Assembly: GCA_002633005.1 (NCBI GenBank)
Contig: NMRA01000689.1
Span: forward strand, 62,001 to 126,000
Source of the DNA: Phoronis australis
Lineage: Eukaryota; Animalia; Phoronida
Length of the DNA: 64,000 nucleotides
Reading direction: 5' to 3'
In this document: piece by piece, positions 1 through 12,386 of the stretch
How positions within the stretch are numbered: the stretch's first letter is position 1
Layout: each line of letters starts with the position of its first letter
The notes under the pieces: generated by a model
Told to the model about the DNA's origin: nothing
Databases searched by the model: none
The model's input: only the letters and a program-made list of their open reading frames with translations
Made by a program: the position numbers and the translations under genes

Positions 1-1960
1 TAAGCTTTATAAATATCCAGTGTTCTCCCGAGTCTGCGTTGTTACCTCAATGAAAAACAAATATTTAGTTTATTGATGCGTCACCTAGTTTCATGTCTCG
101 GTTGTCTTCCTGTATTTTCCATTGATAGAAGCTACCAGTTTCTCCTATTTAATATTGTGCACTCTAATGTAACCGTAAAATTTTGGAAGGCGTGTCCACT
201 GAATTCCAGTGTTTGGAAGTGTGAGACGAACTACTACACTACTAATTTTTATGAGAAAAATGTTAAAATTACATTTCATTTGTCTGCCAAATTATGTCCT
301 AAGTTAGTGCGATTTCACCATACGTGTGTGAATGTGAAACATTAGTTTAAATTTGTGCTTTCCAAGGGATTTAGTCAGAGGCTTCCGATTTATTTTTCTA
401 GGACAGATTTTGCCATCTTGGAATAACGTTATCCAGGGATGAAATCAATCCCTACAAGCCAGTATTCATGACACACTTTCAAGCTAATTACAAAATTAAT
501 ATTAGTTACATTTTCTGCCTCATTTTAATACGGCTTTATTACAGCCAAATCATGTAAATATGTCCGCCCAAAGACTAAATATCAAGTGAAGCTGGCTAAA
601 AGATTTTTTCCTTACTGGTATATGCTGTCTAAAGGCAATGGCATGAAATACCCTGATTTGCGAAATATATGCATGCAAGTTTTATAACTTAACAACCTTA
701 ACAACCTTTCAAGCAGTCGCTCGTGGATTTTCACTTATTTCGAAAAAGTACCTTGGCCTAACACTGATGAGCAGTACCTTTTTTGTACTCATAGGTTACA
801 ACTTGAGACCTTAAAGAGTATGCAAATTTATGTTATTTTAATCGCGCATGTTATGGTAGAATTAGTAGTCAGGTAGGCGAGTAGGTACATCAATTATGAC
901 GCTTCTTTCAAGTCTGGCTGTGATGATGATCGCTGGGAATTTGAAACAGCTGTGCTTGAATAGCTCACATGCTCAGAGTGTTAAACGCTGATCATTTCTC
1001 TTAATAGATTACCAAATGATCCACAGCACAGATGGCAGTGGTGTGTAGAAGAGTTCAGCAAAGATAACAAATTATTCCTCATAAAAACAAATTACAATAA
1101 AACGAAACTCGCATTTTTGCTATGATAATGTGTGTGGTCAAACGAAATATTAGCTAAACTCCATTGACCACGCTTGAAAGGCTTCATCTGCCATTGAATT
1201 GGGGTCTTATGAGGTGAGTGGGTGAGTAACTGAGCTGTGAACCATGAAAAAAATTAGAACACCTGGCGTTTATGTATTTGTCATTTTGTTTATCAGTTTT
1301 GACATGTGACATACCATTGTTTGTTTTTGATTTAATCATGTTTGTTCATTTTCTGGACCTTTTACTTGATCTTACTAGATTCATGGTCTAAGGACCTGTA
1401 GAGCTTTTTTGCCGGCAGCTGAGGATCCATGGAGAGTAAGTTAATTTCACTGAAAAAGATTTCAATTTTAATATTGACATGTGTCACTTAAGGAATAATT
1501 TCGGTAGTTTATGAAACAGGTTTCTGTCCTTGAATGCAAAGTACTGGGGCATGGCCAGAAGTGTTTTTTTTTTCTTGTGACAGAAACAGTCAACACAACT
1601 AGATAATAGAAATATTTTATAAGTCAATTGTAAGCTAGTCGCCGAAGCTTTCGAACTTGAAAATTTCACGCTGCGTTCAATTTGGAAAATAGCATCTCGT
1701 AAAATGTGACCTCAGTTTACTGGCCTCGCCAAAAACAGTTTCAAATTATGGTTGCTCAATTTGCCAAAACGCAACTTCAAATTTCAAAATTATTTGTAAA
1801 TTTCTAATGTTTAACACAATTTTGATAATTTTAAACTTTCCATTATTTTTGGCACCAGACTGTTACAGTTCTGTTTATGAAATAAGGCCACAACTGTGTG
1901 TGATCAAATAGCGACATGCATGTAATCCAGTCAGTAGTACTTGAGTATTAGGAAAGTCTT

Positions 1961-2030
1961 TTGCTGTTGCTGGCCAATCAGAACTTGAGTTATTATTGCT
2001 GTTGCTGGCCAATCAGAACTTGAGTTATTA
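1961..2030. repeat. Perfect 35-bp tandem duplication containing a CCAAT motif
   Basis: ttgctgttgctggccaatcagaacttgagttatta occurs twice, head to tail. Confidence 0.95.
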
Positions 2031-4169
2031 GTCATGACCTCACACAAAGACTGAGATATTTGTTTCGGAATATTGTAGGAATGTTTGTTTTCTAGTTGAG
2101 CCATGAATTTTTTACAGTTTTAAATAATATCAAAGCCTGTCATGCCTGAATTTTTCCAGAAATGAATAGCATCCCGTGACGTTATCTCCTTCATGTTCTG
2201 AAAGTTCGGTGGAGATCTGAGACTGATTTTTTAGTGTTCTTTGGAAACCACATACTGCCACCCAAACATTAAAGCATTGGACCATGGGGAAAAATTCTAA
2301 TGTTCACCAGACCACCCCAGACAATAACAAATAAACAAGACTTCTTGACTAGGTCAGTGGTGTGAAACAGACACAGCTTCAGGTTTCCATTCTTTGCCTG
2401 TTATTCGTTCAGGTCGTTATGTGGTGTAGTGTCATTGTTCAATACCAGGTGCAGGACATTCTGTCTACAGTTCACCTTTTGATTTAGACTACTCACTGTT
2501 ATGGAGTTGGTCTCATAGTTTCCTTAGTCAAATTAGAGGTGATTTCAGGGCTTTGAATTGAAGGAATTGCCTGTTGGTTAGTGGTTGAGGCTGGGCTCAT
2601 ACCAGTCAGCCAGTCACAGCATGTCAGACCAGAAATAGCATCTCGTCTGAGCAAGGAAACCAATTTTAGATTGAGCAATCAAAAGTTTGCTTCCTGAATG
2701 GAACATGGGGTTTAAGCGGCAGTGAAGCAGCGATAAACCTACGCTCAATCAAAGAATCTAAATTTTGATTTAGATGGCATACTTCTATGAAATTGGTTTC
2801 GTCTTGATTCTTAACTTAGGTGAGAAGTGATTTTAGGTCTTGTACAGATTGTTGTTCCTTCAGATCGTACTCAGCCAATAAAGTGACATGCTGTGACAAG
2901 TCAACTTGCAGAGCCAGCTCTCAAGCAAGAACTACTGACTGTCCTATTCAAGTCCAGAAATCCTACCTATTTTGATTATGGAGTAATTGGACATCAGATT
3001 CTTAATGGTAAGGGCACTCAGTCAAAAGTTTTTTACATGCTGGAAGGTTGGTGGAAAACTGCTAAGCTTTGATGTACATAACAATTTTCCAAGATCAAAC
3101 TTAAAATGAATATAGCTGAAACCTTACTTAATAATGTTAGATTCCAGAATGTGTGGTTGTCAACAGGACTTGAGTCAAGTTAGTCAGAAAATAGATTCCA
3201 ATGCACTCACTGGCATTTGGTGGCGTGGTTTGTCAAAAAATTGAATTCAGTAGATAAATTTCTAAATTTCTAAAGTACATCTACAACAAACGAATTAATC
3301 TTTAGGTACCAAGGACGTCTATGTTGGGCTGGCCTTCTCTGCAGTTTCCTGGCATTGAACTAAAACCATTCAGTTATTTGTTCAAGGTACCTATTCATAA
3401 ATACAGTCACAATTCATTAGCAACCTTTCTATTCATCCCTCAATGCCAACCACAGAGGGTTTATGTAGACCTGTGAAAAAATCTGTTCAAATTACTTCAG
3501 GTTAGTAGTTTAGTTTTGCAACAAGTTACAAGTGTAGGGGGGATTATGAGTCAGTGTTCAAACTAACTGACCTGCTTTCAAATGTTCTTGGTTATGCTGC
3601 AAGTAGGTTATAAATTGGAAATGAATTATGCATTACTTAGCACTAAATAAGTAATAACATATTTTTTCATAAGTGCACTGTAATTTATTTTCGTTGAATT
3701 GTCAAAAAATTCTATGATCGAAATGTCTCATAACTTTGGGGCAAAAATTTGGTAATACTTTACTGAAGGACCTGTGATCTTTTTTGGTCATAAGTTTGAT
3801 TTTCAGCTCTGCCAAATATTAGTTTGGATTTTTTTGAGACTCAACACCTGTGTTTGGCTTAACGCCTATTGCTGAAATTCCCAAATGTTCACTTTTTAAC
3901 ACCCATGCCTGCCCATTCTCAATTTGTAAGATCGAGACTTCCTCGAAAACGCCTAATTATGTTTTTATGGGGGCTTGTCTTGGGCAGACTTTAGCTCTCA
4001 AAATGTTCGATAATAAACCTTGTTACATTGTCTACAATTCCCTGATATATTTCACTCTTACTGTGAATTTGTTTTTAAATATGAGCACAGCCCCAGAAAT
4101 AGCTTTCGCATTATATCCAGGTTCTCATTCACTCCCTTGAGTACATTCACTAGTAAAACGGAGCTCAGA

Positions 4170-4275
4170 GGAGTAGGAGACACTTGCGCAATGCTCGATT
4201 GTCGGCCAGTAAAGCTAGGATTCGAACCCAGGACTGCCAAAGGGGAGTCCGAAGCTCAAACTACTGAGCCACTGT
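4170..4275 (-). mobile_element. tRNA-derived SINE-like head (Pol III A and B boxes)
   Basis: Minus strand reads gTGGCTCAGTAG (A box) ... GGTTCGAATCC (B box) at tRNA-like spacing. No intact cloverleaf is seen. Confidence 0.6.
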
Positions 4276-5180
4276 GTCTCCTCTCTATCTACTTAGCGTG
4301 AAGTCTGATGTCAGCGTAACTACCTTGGTGTCAACTCTTTCAAATAACTGCCCGACTTTCATTTTACATTACTTGTTTAGGTTAGGGCCCATTCTCAGCT
4401 TAGTAATACTACCCACCCCCTGTAATTTTCAAATTTTAACTTTTATGCACCCATACTTGGCTAACGGCTGGAGCTCCCTTAATCCTGCCCATGTCTCTGC
4501 GAACGCTTGCAGAATTTTAACTTCCAAAACGTAGTGACTTTGAGGGAAGGTCATTCACTTTCAACAGAACCTTGCCTAATATTGGGGCAAGAAATTACCC
4601 ATAGTTTCCTGCTTTTTGCTGTAGGGGGCATAAAATGGGAAAATAGGGATTTAGGCTCATGCTTATTCTTAAGATTAAGGTTTTCATGTACAGAATCGAT
4701 GAAAGCAATGATGTAAACAGGACATGGCTAGCCCCTAATGTGTGTAATGTTTACATCTGAAAATTTAAAGGTACACTGCGTAAAAAGCTATGTTACTCTA
4801 ATGAACTAGTGCGCACAGTCACTCCTTTCCAGACACTAAGCCCTTTTCTATGTTGTCTACAGTTTACCAATGTTGTATTTGACTATTGCGTGTGAAGTCC
4901 GACATCAATTAAGCTCCCTTGACTTTAACCCGATCAACCGTTTGGGTAAGCGCCCACCCCCAACTTCTCAGAAATTTTGTTTTTAAGTGTCAATGCTTAG
5001 GTTAATGCTCAATTGAGTTCCCCAAATTTATGCGGTCTATGCTCGAACCCTCACATTTTTAGCTCCCTGAGTTTTAAACCAGACAAGTTCATATTCGGTA
5101 AGTTGCGAGCAAGATAAAAAGGTTTCAAAATTATGGCTTCATAGTGAAACTGGACCTTGGTGACTTAATAATCTACCTGT

Positions 5181-5300
5181 GGTAAAAAAATCTCCAGTTT
5201 GATACGGTGAAAACTTTATTTCGCTCAAGATCGGAGCTTGTACCAAATTTTATAAATGGGTAGTGTTGGGCATCTCAAATTCACGAATTGCCATCGTCTT
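5181..5300 (+). mobile_element. MITE-like family 1, partial copy
   Basis: ggtaaaaaaatctcc...ctcaagatcggagcttgtaccaaattt is shared with the copies at 19633 and 50601. Confidence 0.7.
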
Positions 5301-5867
5301 GAGCTATCGTTCACCTAGATGTTGCGTACAGTAGGGGCACATGGAAATGTTACGTCAGTTGCTATTTCTGAAGATTTTATAAGCTGCCAGTCTATTTTCA
5401 GGGTCTGTTGATACAAATTGTTGTGTCTGAATATTATGAACAACTAACTGCCCACGTACTTAACTTCAGGATTGAGTTTATTTTCAGGTTGAATTAAATA
5501 TTCCATCTCCAAAATTTTAAAGACTATTCTAAAGTAGAAATTTTTTATTTGTAATTCAAGTCATCATTCCGTATTTAATAGGTAGAATCTGTTGCCACAT
5601 TTTCTTTGGGCTGCAGTTTGAAAGGAAGGCATAGTTTCAATAATTATGTGAAGAATTTGTTATATGTCCCAGAGACATTGACAGGGTTCAGTTTACATCA
5701 GTTTGTCTGATTTTTGTGGAACACCTATAAATTGAAAATTGCCTGTGAAGTGAACTTGGGAAGTTTGAAGACAAAGGTGTATTCAAATGTTTTCTTGTAA
5801 AATGTTTAATTTCCAAGAATTGGAAAAATGGGGGATGTCAGCCAGATTGGAATAGAAATATGGCTTG

Positions 5868-6050
5868 AAAAATTCTCCAATTTGGGACGGTCTCTGGAAT
5901 TTGGGACAGCAAAAATTGAATTTTCTCCATTCTGGAATTTGGAACAAGGGCGATTTTGGTGTTTGCTTTCACTCTACAGAGTGATGTTTCTTGAATTTAG
6001 GACAGCCAATGTAGACTATTTCTAAAATTTCAGACAAGCTTTGACTTTGA
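5868..6050 (-). mobile_element. MITE-like family 1, partial inverted copy
   Basis: aaaattctccaatttgggacggtctctggaatttggga is the reverse complement of the right end of the 19633 and 50601 copies. Confidence 0.65.
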
Positions 6051-6131
6051 ACAAAATAAGTAATGTTTCACTATTCCAAATTTTTACTATAAACCGTAGT
6101 ATTCGTTTTTAATATGAAGTGTAAGCTATTA

Positions 6132-6380
6132 GACTATCAGTGCATCTTTTGCAATTTATTCCATGTGCGTGATATTGTGAGTCTGCCTATGCATCTTACA
6201 CATTGTTTATCCCATGTCCTGCTTATACTGTGGCTGTTTGCGCATTTCATGCGCAGTTTATCCCATATCTAAGTTGTTGCGATAGTCTGTGCATACTGTT
6301 CACAGTGTACCCTATATCTGGGTTGTTTTGACTGTCAGCGCATCTTGGCTCGTGTGTAGTTTATCCCACATTGGCTTGAT
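6132..6380. repeat. Degenerate minisatellite, about 5 units of roughly 50 bp
   Basis: Recurring gactgtc..gcatctt...gtttatcccat motifs. Confidence 0.65.
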
Positions 6381-7199
6381 AGAGATGTTTTGTGTTGGAT
6401 TCTGTCAAATGATGAAGTATTATCAACGATCGTGTGCCTTTGGCATCTGATGAGTCGCAGTTATTTAGCATTCATGTCTGCGAACTAATCAAGAAAGTCA
6501 CATTAGGCTAAATGTCTTCACGCCTAACTCTGTAAGACATTCGCAGTTAATGTTGGTCAGCGGAACTGAGAGGGTTTTACACTGTTTCAGTTTGTAATTC
6601 ATGTGGAATATTACAGAATGAGCTCTTTAATGTAAGTTAACTTTATAAAGTGGAAGTACATCGGAAAGATACCGTGACGACTTTCTCTGTGTAGTTTGGA
6701 TTTGTTTGTCACAGGGCTGTGTTCAACATTGAGTTGAGTGTTTTTTCTTGCGCTGTTGTTCGTGTTCCATGAGGTAGCCTTCCGAAACAGCTATGAAGCT
6801 GCGTTCTGTGAAGAAGTGAACTTTTAATTAAGAACATTTGCCATTATAAGATTGATCTCAATTTATTCCTTACTGAGATGAGAGATGGGATTGGATAGAT
6901 GTGTCAGATCGTTATTCGTTGAGACCAGTATTGTTACGTGAAAGTGATAATGATTTAAGACTGAAATTTGGCTTTACGCTCCTACTTCACATTTGTTGTT
7001 TAGCCAAGACTGTGGTCTTTAAAAAGGTTGAATGTTGTTAGAATTGATTTAGGCGCAGTGAATGAGTAAGTGAATGTGTTGGAGTTTATTTACAAATTAT
7101 TGCTTTATAAACATTTTATTCTTTTAAACTTTCCAAATACTTACTCTAGACTTAGCGCAAGACATTACTGAAATATTTGGTCCTCCTAATGTTGTGTAG

Positions 7200-7710
7200 G
7201 ATCGTATCGACTTGTCGGATATTTAATCAAATATCTATAAAACTATAGATTTTAAGTCAGTAAAAGTATATATGTTTTCTGAAAGTAAGCCTGTAGAATT
7301 TGATTTTTGACTTGATACCAGTCTGCTATTAATTGGATCACGTGACCATGTCTTTTGAGTAAAATTTACCAAAAAGGTGCACTCATAACGAAACAACAGC
7401 ATCAGTAACATGGCCAAATTTTGTCTGATATAAATGAACAAAATGAAGTCTCTAAAACTCTGCTACAGTAATTTCTAAATTATCAATTCATTTCATTTTT
7501 GTTTTACGCAACTTTTGTGTTTTTTCATAGAAGTCCTATTTTTGATAGCCCCTCGTGCAAAAGGGGTAAATTTTATAAACAATTCTTAGCATCTTTCTGG
7601 AAAACAGCGCATTAAGTACGGCGTCTGGAACTTTCATATGAATCTGATCAGCCAGTTCTGAGATATGATGTTTCTAAGTTTGCCAGATTTGGACATTTTT
7701 GAGGACCCCA
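7200..7710 (+). mobile_element. Interspersed repeat family 2 (probable non-autonomous DNA transposon)
   Basis: Collinear reverse-complement similarity to 10510-10990, for example ttttgatagcccctc versus gaggggctatcaaaa and tctgagatatgatgtt versus aacatcatatctcaga. Confidence 0.7.
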
Positions 7711-8424
7711 CAAAGCCTAAGTAAGCAGTGTTTGCCCTTCATTCCAAGCAGTGTGGTACAGTGGACCCACCTTCCAAATTTTTGGTGACGTTTCATTTTC
7801 TTGGGGTCTAAAACAGTCCGTAAATCATAGTTTTACCACACACAATGATGCAAATAAATCTGGTGGTAGTTTTAGCAATGGAAATACAGGAAGATAACCA
7901 AGAAACAAATTTATGGTTCTTTTTCTTCAGAACTTTGTATTTCTTACAACTTATCAAAATTCCATCCATGCAGCTGCACTCATGAACTCAGTATGTAATC
8001 TTCTTTGGCTTAATTCCCTCAAATAGTTCATAACACAGCATCGGATGAATGCTGCTTAAAGGTTATCGAATTTCTCCACAGAAATAAAGACTAAACATTT
8101 TTTTTGGTTGTACTGTGTAGATGTTATAAACAACATTTGGTAAGTGCTTCCATTGTTTGCTGCATGGCAATCAGCCTTTGAAAAATGGAAAATGTCAATT
8201 TTGCTAATATTATTTTTATGCTAAACAAGTTGACAATTATCATACTACGATTTTTGCTCTGTTCTCTAAAATTTTTAAAATTTTGTTTTGTCTGTTGCTG
8301 TTATTCAAAGACTTGCTGGCTTAGAATGTATTGTTTATGAATACATTTCAGAACATTCGAGCATTATGAGGTGAGAGAAGACGGGTGCAATATACGGAGA
8401 ACAGCAGGCCTGAGGAACATCACT

Positions 8425-8493
8425 ATGTCTGGATACATCGAGCATCACTTCGTGAAAGCCGTCAAGAGGGCGCCGGAGGAGCGAACCTATCAG
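8425..8493 (+). CDS. RAPGEF2/6: PDZ-GEF (RAPGEF2/6 family) conserved coding exon 1: MSGYIEHHFVKAVKRAPEERTYQ
   Basis: ATG at 8425 (cactATG), 23 codons, donor CAG|gtcagt, phase 0. Resembles the recalled RAPGEF6 N-terminus (ALRKKPPERTPE) and joins the next exon in frame. A possible acceptor tttcag|A lies upstream at 8351/8352. Confidence 0.9.
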
Positions 8494-10186
8494 GTCAGTC
8501 AGAAGACTAACCTAGCAACATGAAGTTTATAGAAGGCAAAGTGATATTGTCAACATCTTGATTCAAATGTAATCATGTCATCGACCATTGTACAAAACGA
8601 ACATGTTCATTACTGTTTTACAAAGCGAACGTGCATTATGACATTAAGAACCAAACTTTTTCAACCTGCCTTGATCATTATATTAAGTGCAATTGATTTT
8701 CAATAAAGTATTTTATTAGTGTGACCCCACATAAAATCTGCATTTAAATTTCAAAATTATCTTGGATTTTGTACATTTCATCAAGGACTGTAATGATTGG
8801 AAAACTTAGCATGGTCAGCATAGTGTATGTCAGTCATGGTCATTTCGGACATTTTTACCTCAAGAAATTGTTGATAGGCAAGTCCCTGGATAGTTTCTAC
8901 CTTTCTAATGCTCGAAACATGAGTCCGGGCATAGTTTCAGAAAGAATTGTCTAAGGGAAACTATGCCAGCAACATCCAGGTAGAATGAGGTCGAGTATGT
9001 GCATGTCAGAGAGTTTATGGTACCCAGGGTACTGTTAGTTAAGTTAATTTTGTAAATAAGACACAAGTATGCAGAAATAACTCCTGTTTCTCATTTTGCC
9101 TTGTTTTTGTTTGACACTCGCTGACATTGTTCATTGTCAGTTGAGAAATCCTCTCAACCGCGGAAATGTTTAATTGTTGCCCTGAAAGTAGGGTCATCGG
9201 CCTATATTTCCATGGCCCTATATTTGGTGGGTCGCTTTGCAGAAATTTCAGTATTATTTGATTTCATGTTGTTGTACATGAATCAGCTGAGCACAGTTTG
9301 TGAACTTGAAACTCATTGGTTTCATCAATTCAGGTCTCTTTTAAAGGTTGAAATCAATTTTTGTACAACATTGACTAAACAATCAATACGCATACAGTTT
9401 TTTATCCTAATTGATGTATTTGTAAAGCATTTACGTCAAAGGACAGCTTCTGTGTTGTCTCAAGTGAGAATTCTGACTTTGACCACAGTTGTACTATAAG
9501 GACTATTACTACAAATGTGAATGAATGATGAATATCTCAAGTTGAGGAGGGTTAATTTGGGAGGTCAAAAGATTGCAAATGGAAAGTAGCAAATTATACA
9601 GATTCATATTTCTGTTGAAGCTCAGTACGTTGTCATGCAACCGTTTGTTGAAATTTCTTTTGCAAGTTTTTTTGTTAATATGTAAGTTTTTTTTTTACGG
9701 ATAAGCCCTTATTGATTACAATAATATGTCTGACTTACACAGTGGAGAAATTTATGAGTGCCCATAAAGAGCAGTATCGAGTGTAAAATATTGAGGAAAC
9801 TAAAAAAAAGAAAACGAGGGATTCCAACACAAAATATGAAACAAAACAAAGGTGGTGCTGTCTGTGGCTTTGCCCAGCCATACCAGGGATACCGCTTTTT
9901 GAAACTTAGAGAACAGAGCTATCCAATGAGAACAAGTGGCTGTTTTATACACTAGGAAATAAATTAGACTGTCTATTAATAACATATTTATCCATTTTAC
10001 TCTCACATTATTTTATTGTGTTAATTGTTCTGGCAGCCTAAGATTAATGCATGATAAAAGTGCTCTCACAGACTCTAGCTAGAAATTAGGTTAATGATTT
10101 CAGTTTTGAAGTTTAAGGGTAATCAATGACAAGCAGTGGGGAACGTTGTGTTATGCTGTGCACTGGTTATGCAGTAATGGTCAGAA

Positions 10187-10258
10187 ATAACGTGCCTGAA
10201 TTTTGAGAATCAGTATTCTCCACTGAATAACGGGCTTCTCAAAATACGGGCATGTTAT
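10187..10258 (-). repeat. Short hairpin repeat (family 3)
   Basis: Arms ataacgtgcctgaattttgagaa and ttctcaaaatacgggcatgttat. The loop is the reverse complement of gcccgttattcagtggagaa, which is also seen near 15147 and 19106. Confidence 0.8.
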
Positions 10259-10509
10259 ATCCAAATGTTGCCCGGTTATGCTTACTGGTCATTTCAGTGA
10301 AGGGTCTAAATTAGGTTTTCACACCTTGTTAACGAAAACGTATTTTATTTGAGTCCAAAACTGTAAAATTGGACCGACGCAAAAGGTCATTGATTGGAAA
10401 TAGAATAATAAATACTAAGATGAGGAACTGTTATAAGAAAAATATTGACAATAGATAAATAAATACAGAATTTAAATGACCACCACATTATAATTCACTT
10501 CCTAAAGGT

Positions 10510-10990
10510 TATGTAGGACACTACAAAAAAGTCAAAATTTGGTTAATTTTTGAACATCATATCTCAGAAATGACTGATCAGATTTTTACGAAACTTTCAG
10601 ATTACTATGCTTTATGCATTTTTCTGGAATTGTTTTGGAAGTTTTTTGCTTTTGCATGAGGGGCTATCAAAACTAGAACTTTTATAATTTTTATGAAAAA
10701 AAATAATTTTATAAAATGAAAAGGAAATGATTTAGAAAACTGGAACAGCGTTTTTGAAGTTCCATCTTGTATTTATATACCAAATTTAGTCATGTTATTT
10801 GGCTACCAACTATATCTTTCTTTTTTTGCTAATTTTCACTAGACATTGTGATGTAATCCAATTAATTGCAGGTTAAAAAGTCAAAAATGTAATTCTGCAG
10901 ATTTTCTACTTTCAGAAAATATATAATTTTATTCAGTTGAAATCTATAGTTGCAGAAATTTGATTTAATGCACAGACTTGTTGATACGGT
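10510..10990 (-). mobile_element. Interspersed repeat family 2, inverted copy
   Basis: Reverse complement of 7200-7710. Further fragments lie near 15850-16000 (+) and 40740-40870 (-). Confidence 0.7.
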
Positions 10991-11199
10991 ACTTAAATTA
11001 TTGAAAAGTTTTAATGAAAGATTTAAAAAGTTATCATACAAGTTAGAACTGATCCCATGTAATATGGTATGGAATTCCACAAAACTGTCAAGGATGAACA
11101 GAAGGTACAGTGACTGTACACAGTGTTCACCCTCGCTAGAAACAGTGAAAATGTATTTGCTGATCTAAATGTGCGAGTTGGTCAGTTTAATGAGACGAG

Positions 11200-11465
11200 A
11201 TGTGGCTTGATACCTAGGAAGAGTATCATGAATGCTGTGATAAACAAAGAGCAATAGTTTAAACTTGATACGTTGTTTGATGAACAACCAATGGAGATGG
11301 AAATGATGGACGATATTTGGAAATATTTTGGTTGGAGACTGACAATGCATGCGAGTGTCGTAGAGTTAAAAACTCTTGAAGACTTTTTTAATTGTGAGCC
11401 GTGTAAACTGTCAGAAGGCAATTACGGTACTCCAGATGAGAAGTGCGTGTACATGAAATAGGACC
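11200..11465 (-). mobile_element. Decayed L2/CR1-group LINE, ORF2 C-terminal fragment
   Basis: Minus-strand frames give VHAL / SHLEYRNCLL ... LHWLFIKQRIKFKLLLFVY. This matches the L2-clade motif VHAFxxSRLDYCNSLL...LHWLPxxQRIxFKxLLLVY, with frameshifts. Confidence 0.8.
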
Positions 11466-12258
11466 AAAACCGATGGTTGAGAGACACACCCATATATCAA
11501 ATCCTTGGTACTAGATTGGGAATCTCCTGCAGGAATCTGTTGGGAACAATGTCTTTAGTACGAGTTTAACCTCAACAGGGTCATACCAATGACCACCAGG
11601 TGTCCCTCTAGTAGTCAACAGTGTCAAAAGCTGCTGTGGTGTCAAGCAACATTAACACAGCATCCCATTTGGATGTAAATGGCATAGCTAGGATATCATT
11701 AGTAATCTGCAGCTAGTCCTGTTCAGCAGTGCTATGATTGCAGTGTTGTCACACAGTCGATCCTGATATCCTTACTCCATTGTCAGGTGTAAAATTGAAT
11801 ATGGTGGATAAATTATAAGCGGAATGTAAAAGATTTAGCAATGAAGTGAGAGCTAACTTAAGGTGCAGCCACTGCTGGTGCTGACTCCAGGGTGAAGTTG
11901 ATCAGTCTTAGTGTCAACAATGTAATGCGTGTGTAATTGTTCAGGTAAGGACATTATTCTAGGAAATTGTAAAGCAAGGTCGAAGCTCATGTTGTATTAA
12001 CCTTCCTTGTATTATGCAGAACTGGAGAAGTGATTAATCAAATTCGTTACTTCAATCATAGCAGGTTTGCCTTAGAAACAAGATCTCTTTGATTTTCGTA
12101 ATTGATTGAACCTAGATTAATTGGTTTATCTCAATGCCTAGTTGTCTAACATTTCCCTAGCTGTGAATCAATAGATTGTTTCCTGTGTAGATCATGTCTA
12201 GTGCCTGAATTGCTTATCTCTCACCTGAATATAATTCCTTCTTAATTATTTTTCGCAG

Positions 12259-12386
12259 GATCTGGACATAATCTTCTCCTATCTCAAGGGCCTAGAAGCT
12301 TTAGCTTCGCTGCGTGAGCCTGCCTTGCGTGTCATGAGCAGGACTGTGCGTTATGAGTTTCGAGACGCCAACACATTACTTTACAC
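12259..12386 (+). CDS. RAPGEF2/6: PDZ-GEF exon 2: DLDIIFSYLKGLEALASLREPALRVMSRTVRYEFRDANTLLY(T)
   Basis: Acceptor ttattttcgcag-type (tttcgcag|G), donor AC|gtgagt, 128 nt, phase 0 to 2. Matches the recalled family motif DLxxIYSYLHGMExLSxLRExxLR...RYE, the start of the cNMP-binding-like domain. Confidence 0.95.

Noticed and set aside
4170-4275. tRNA gene
   Set aside because: A and B boxes are present, but I could not fold acceptor or anticodon stems. Treated as a SINE-like head; the same applies to 28270-28330.
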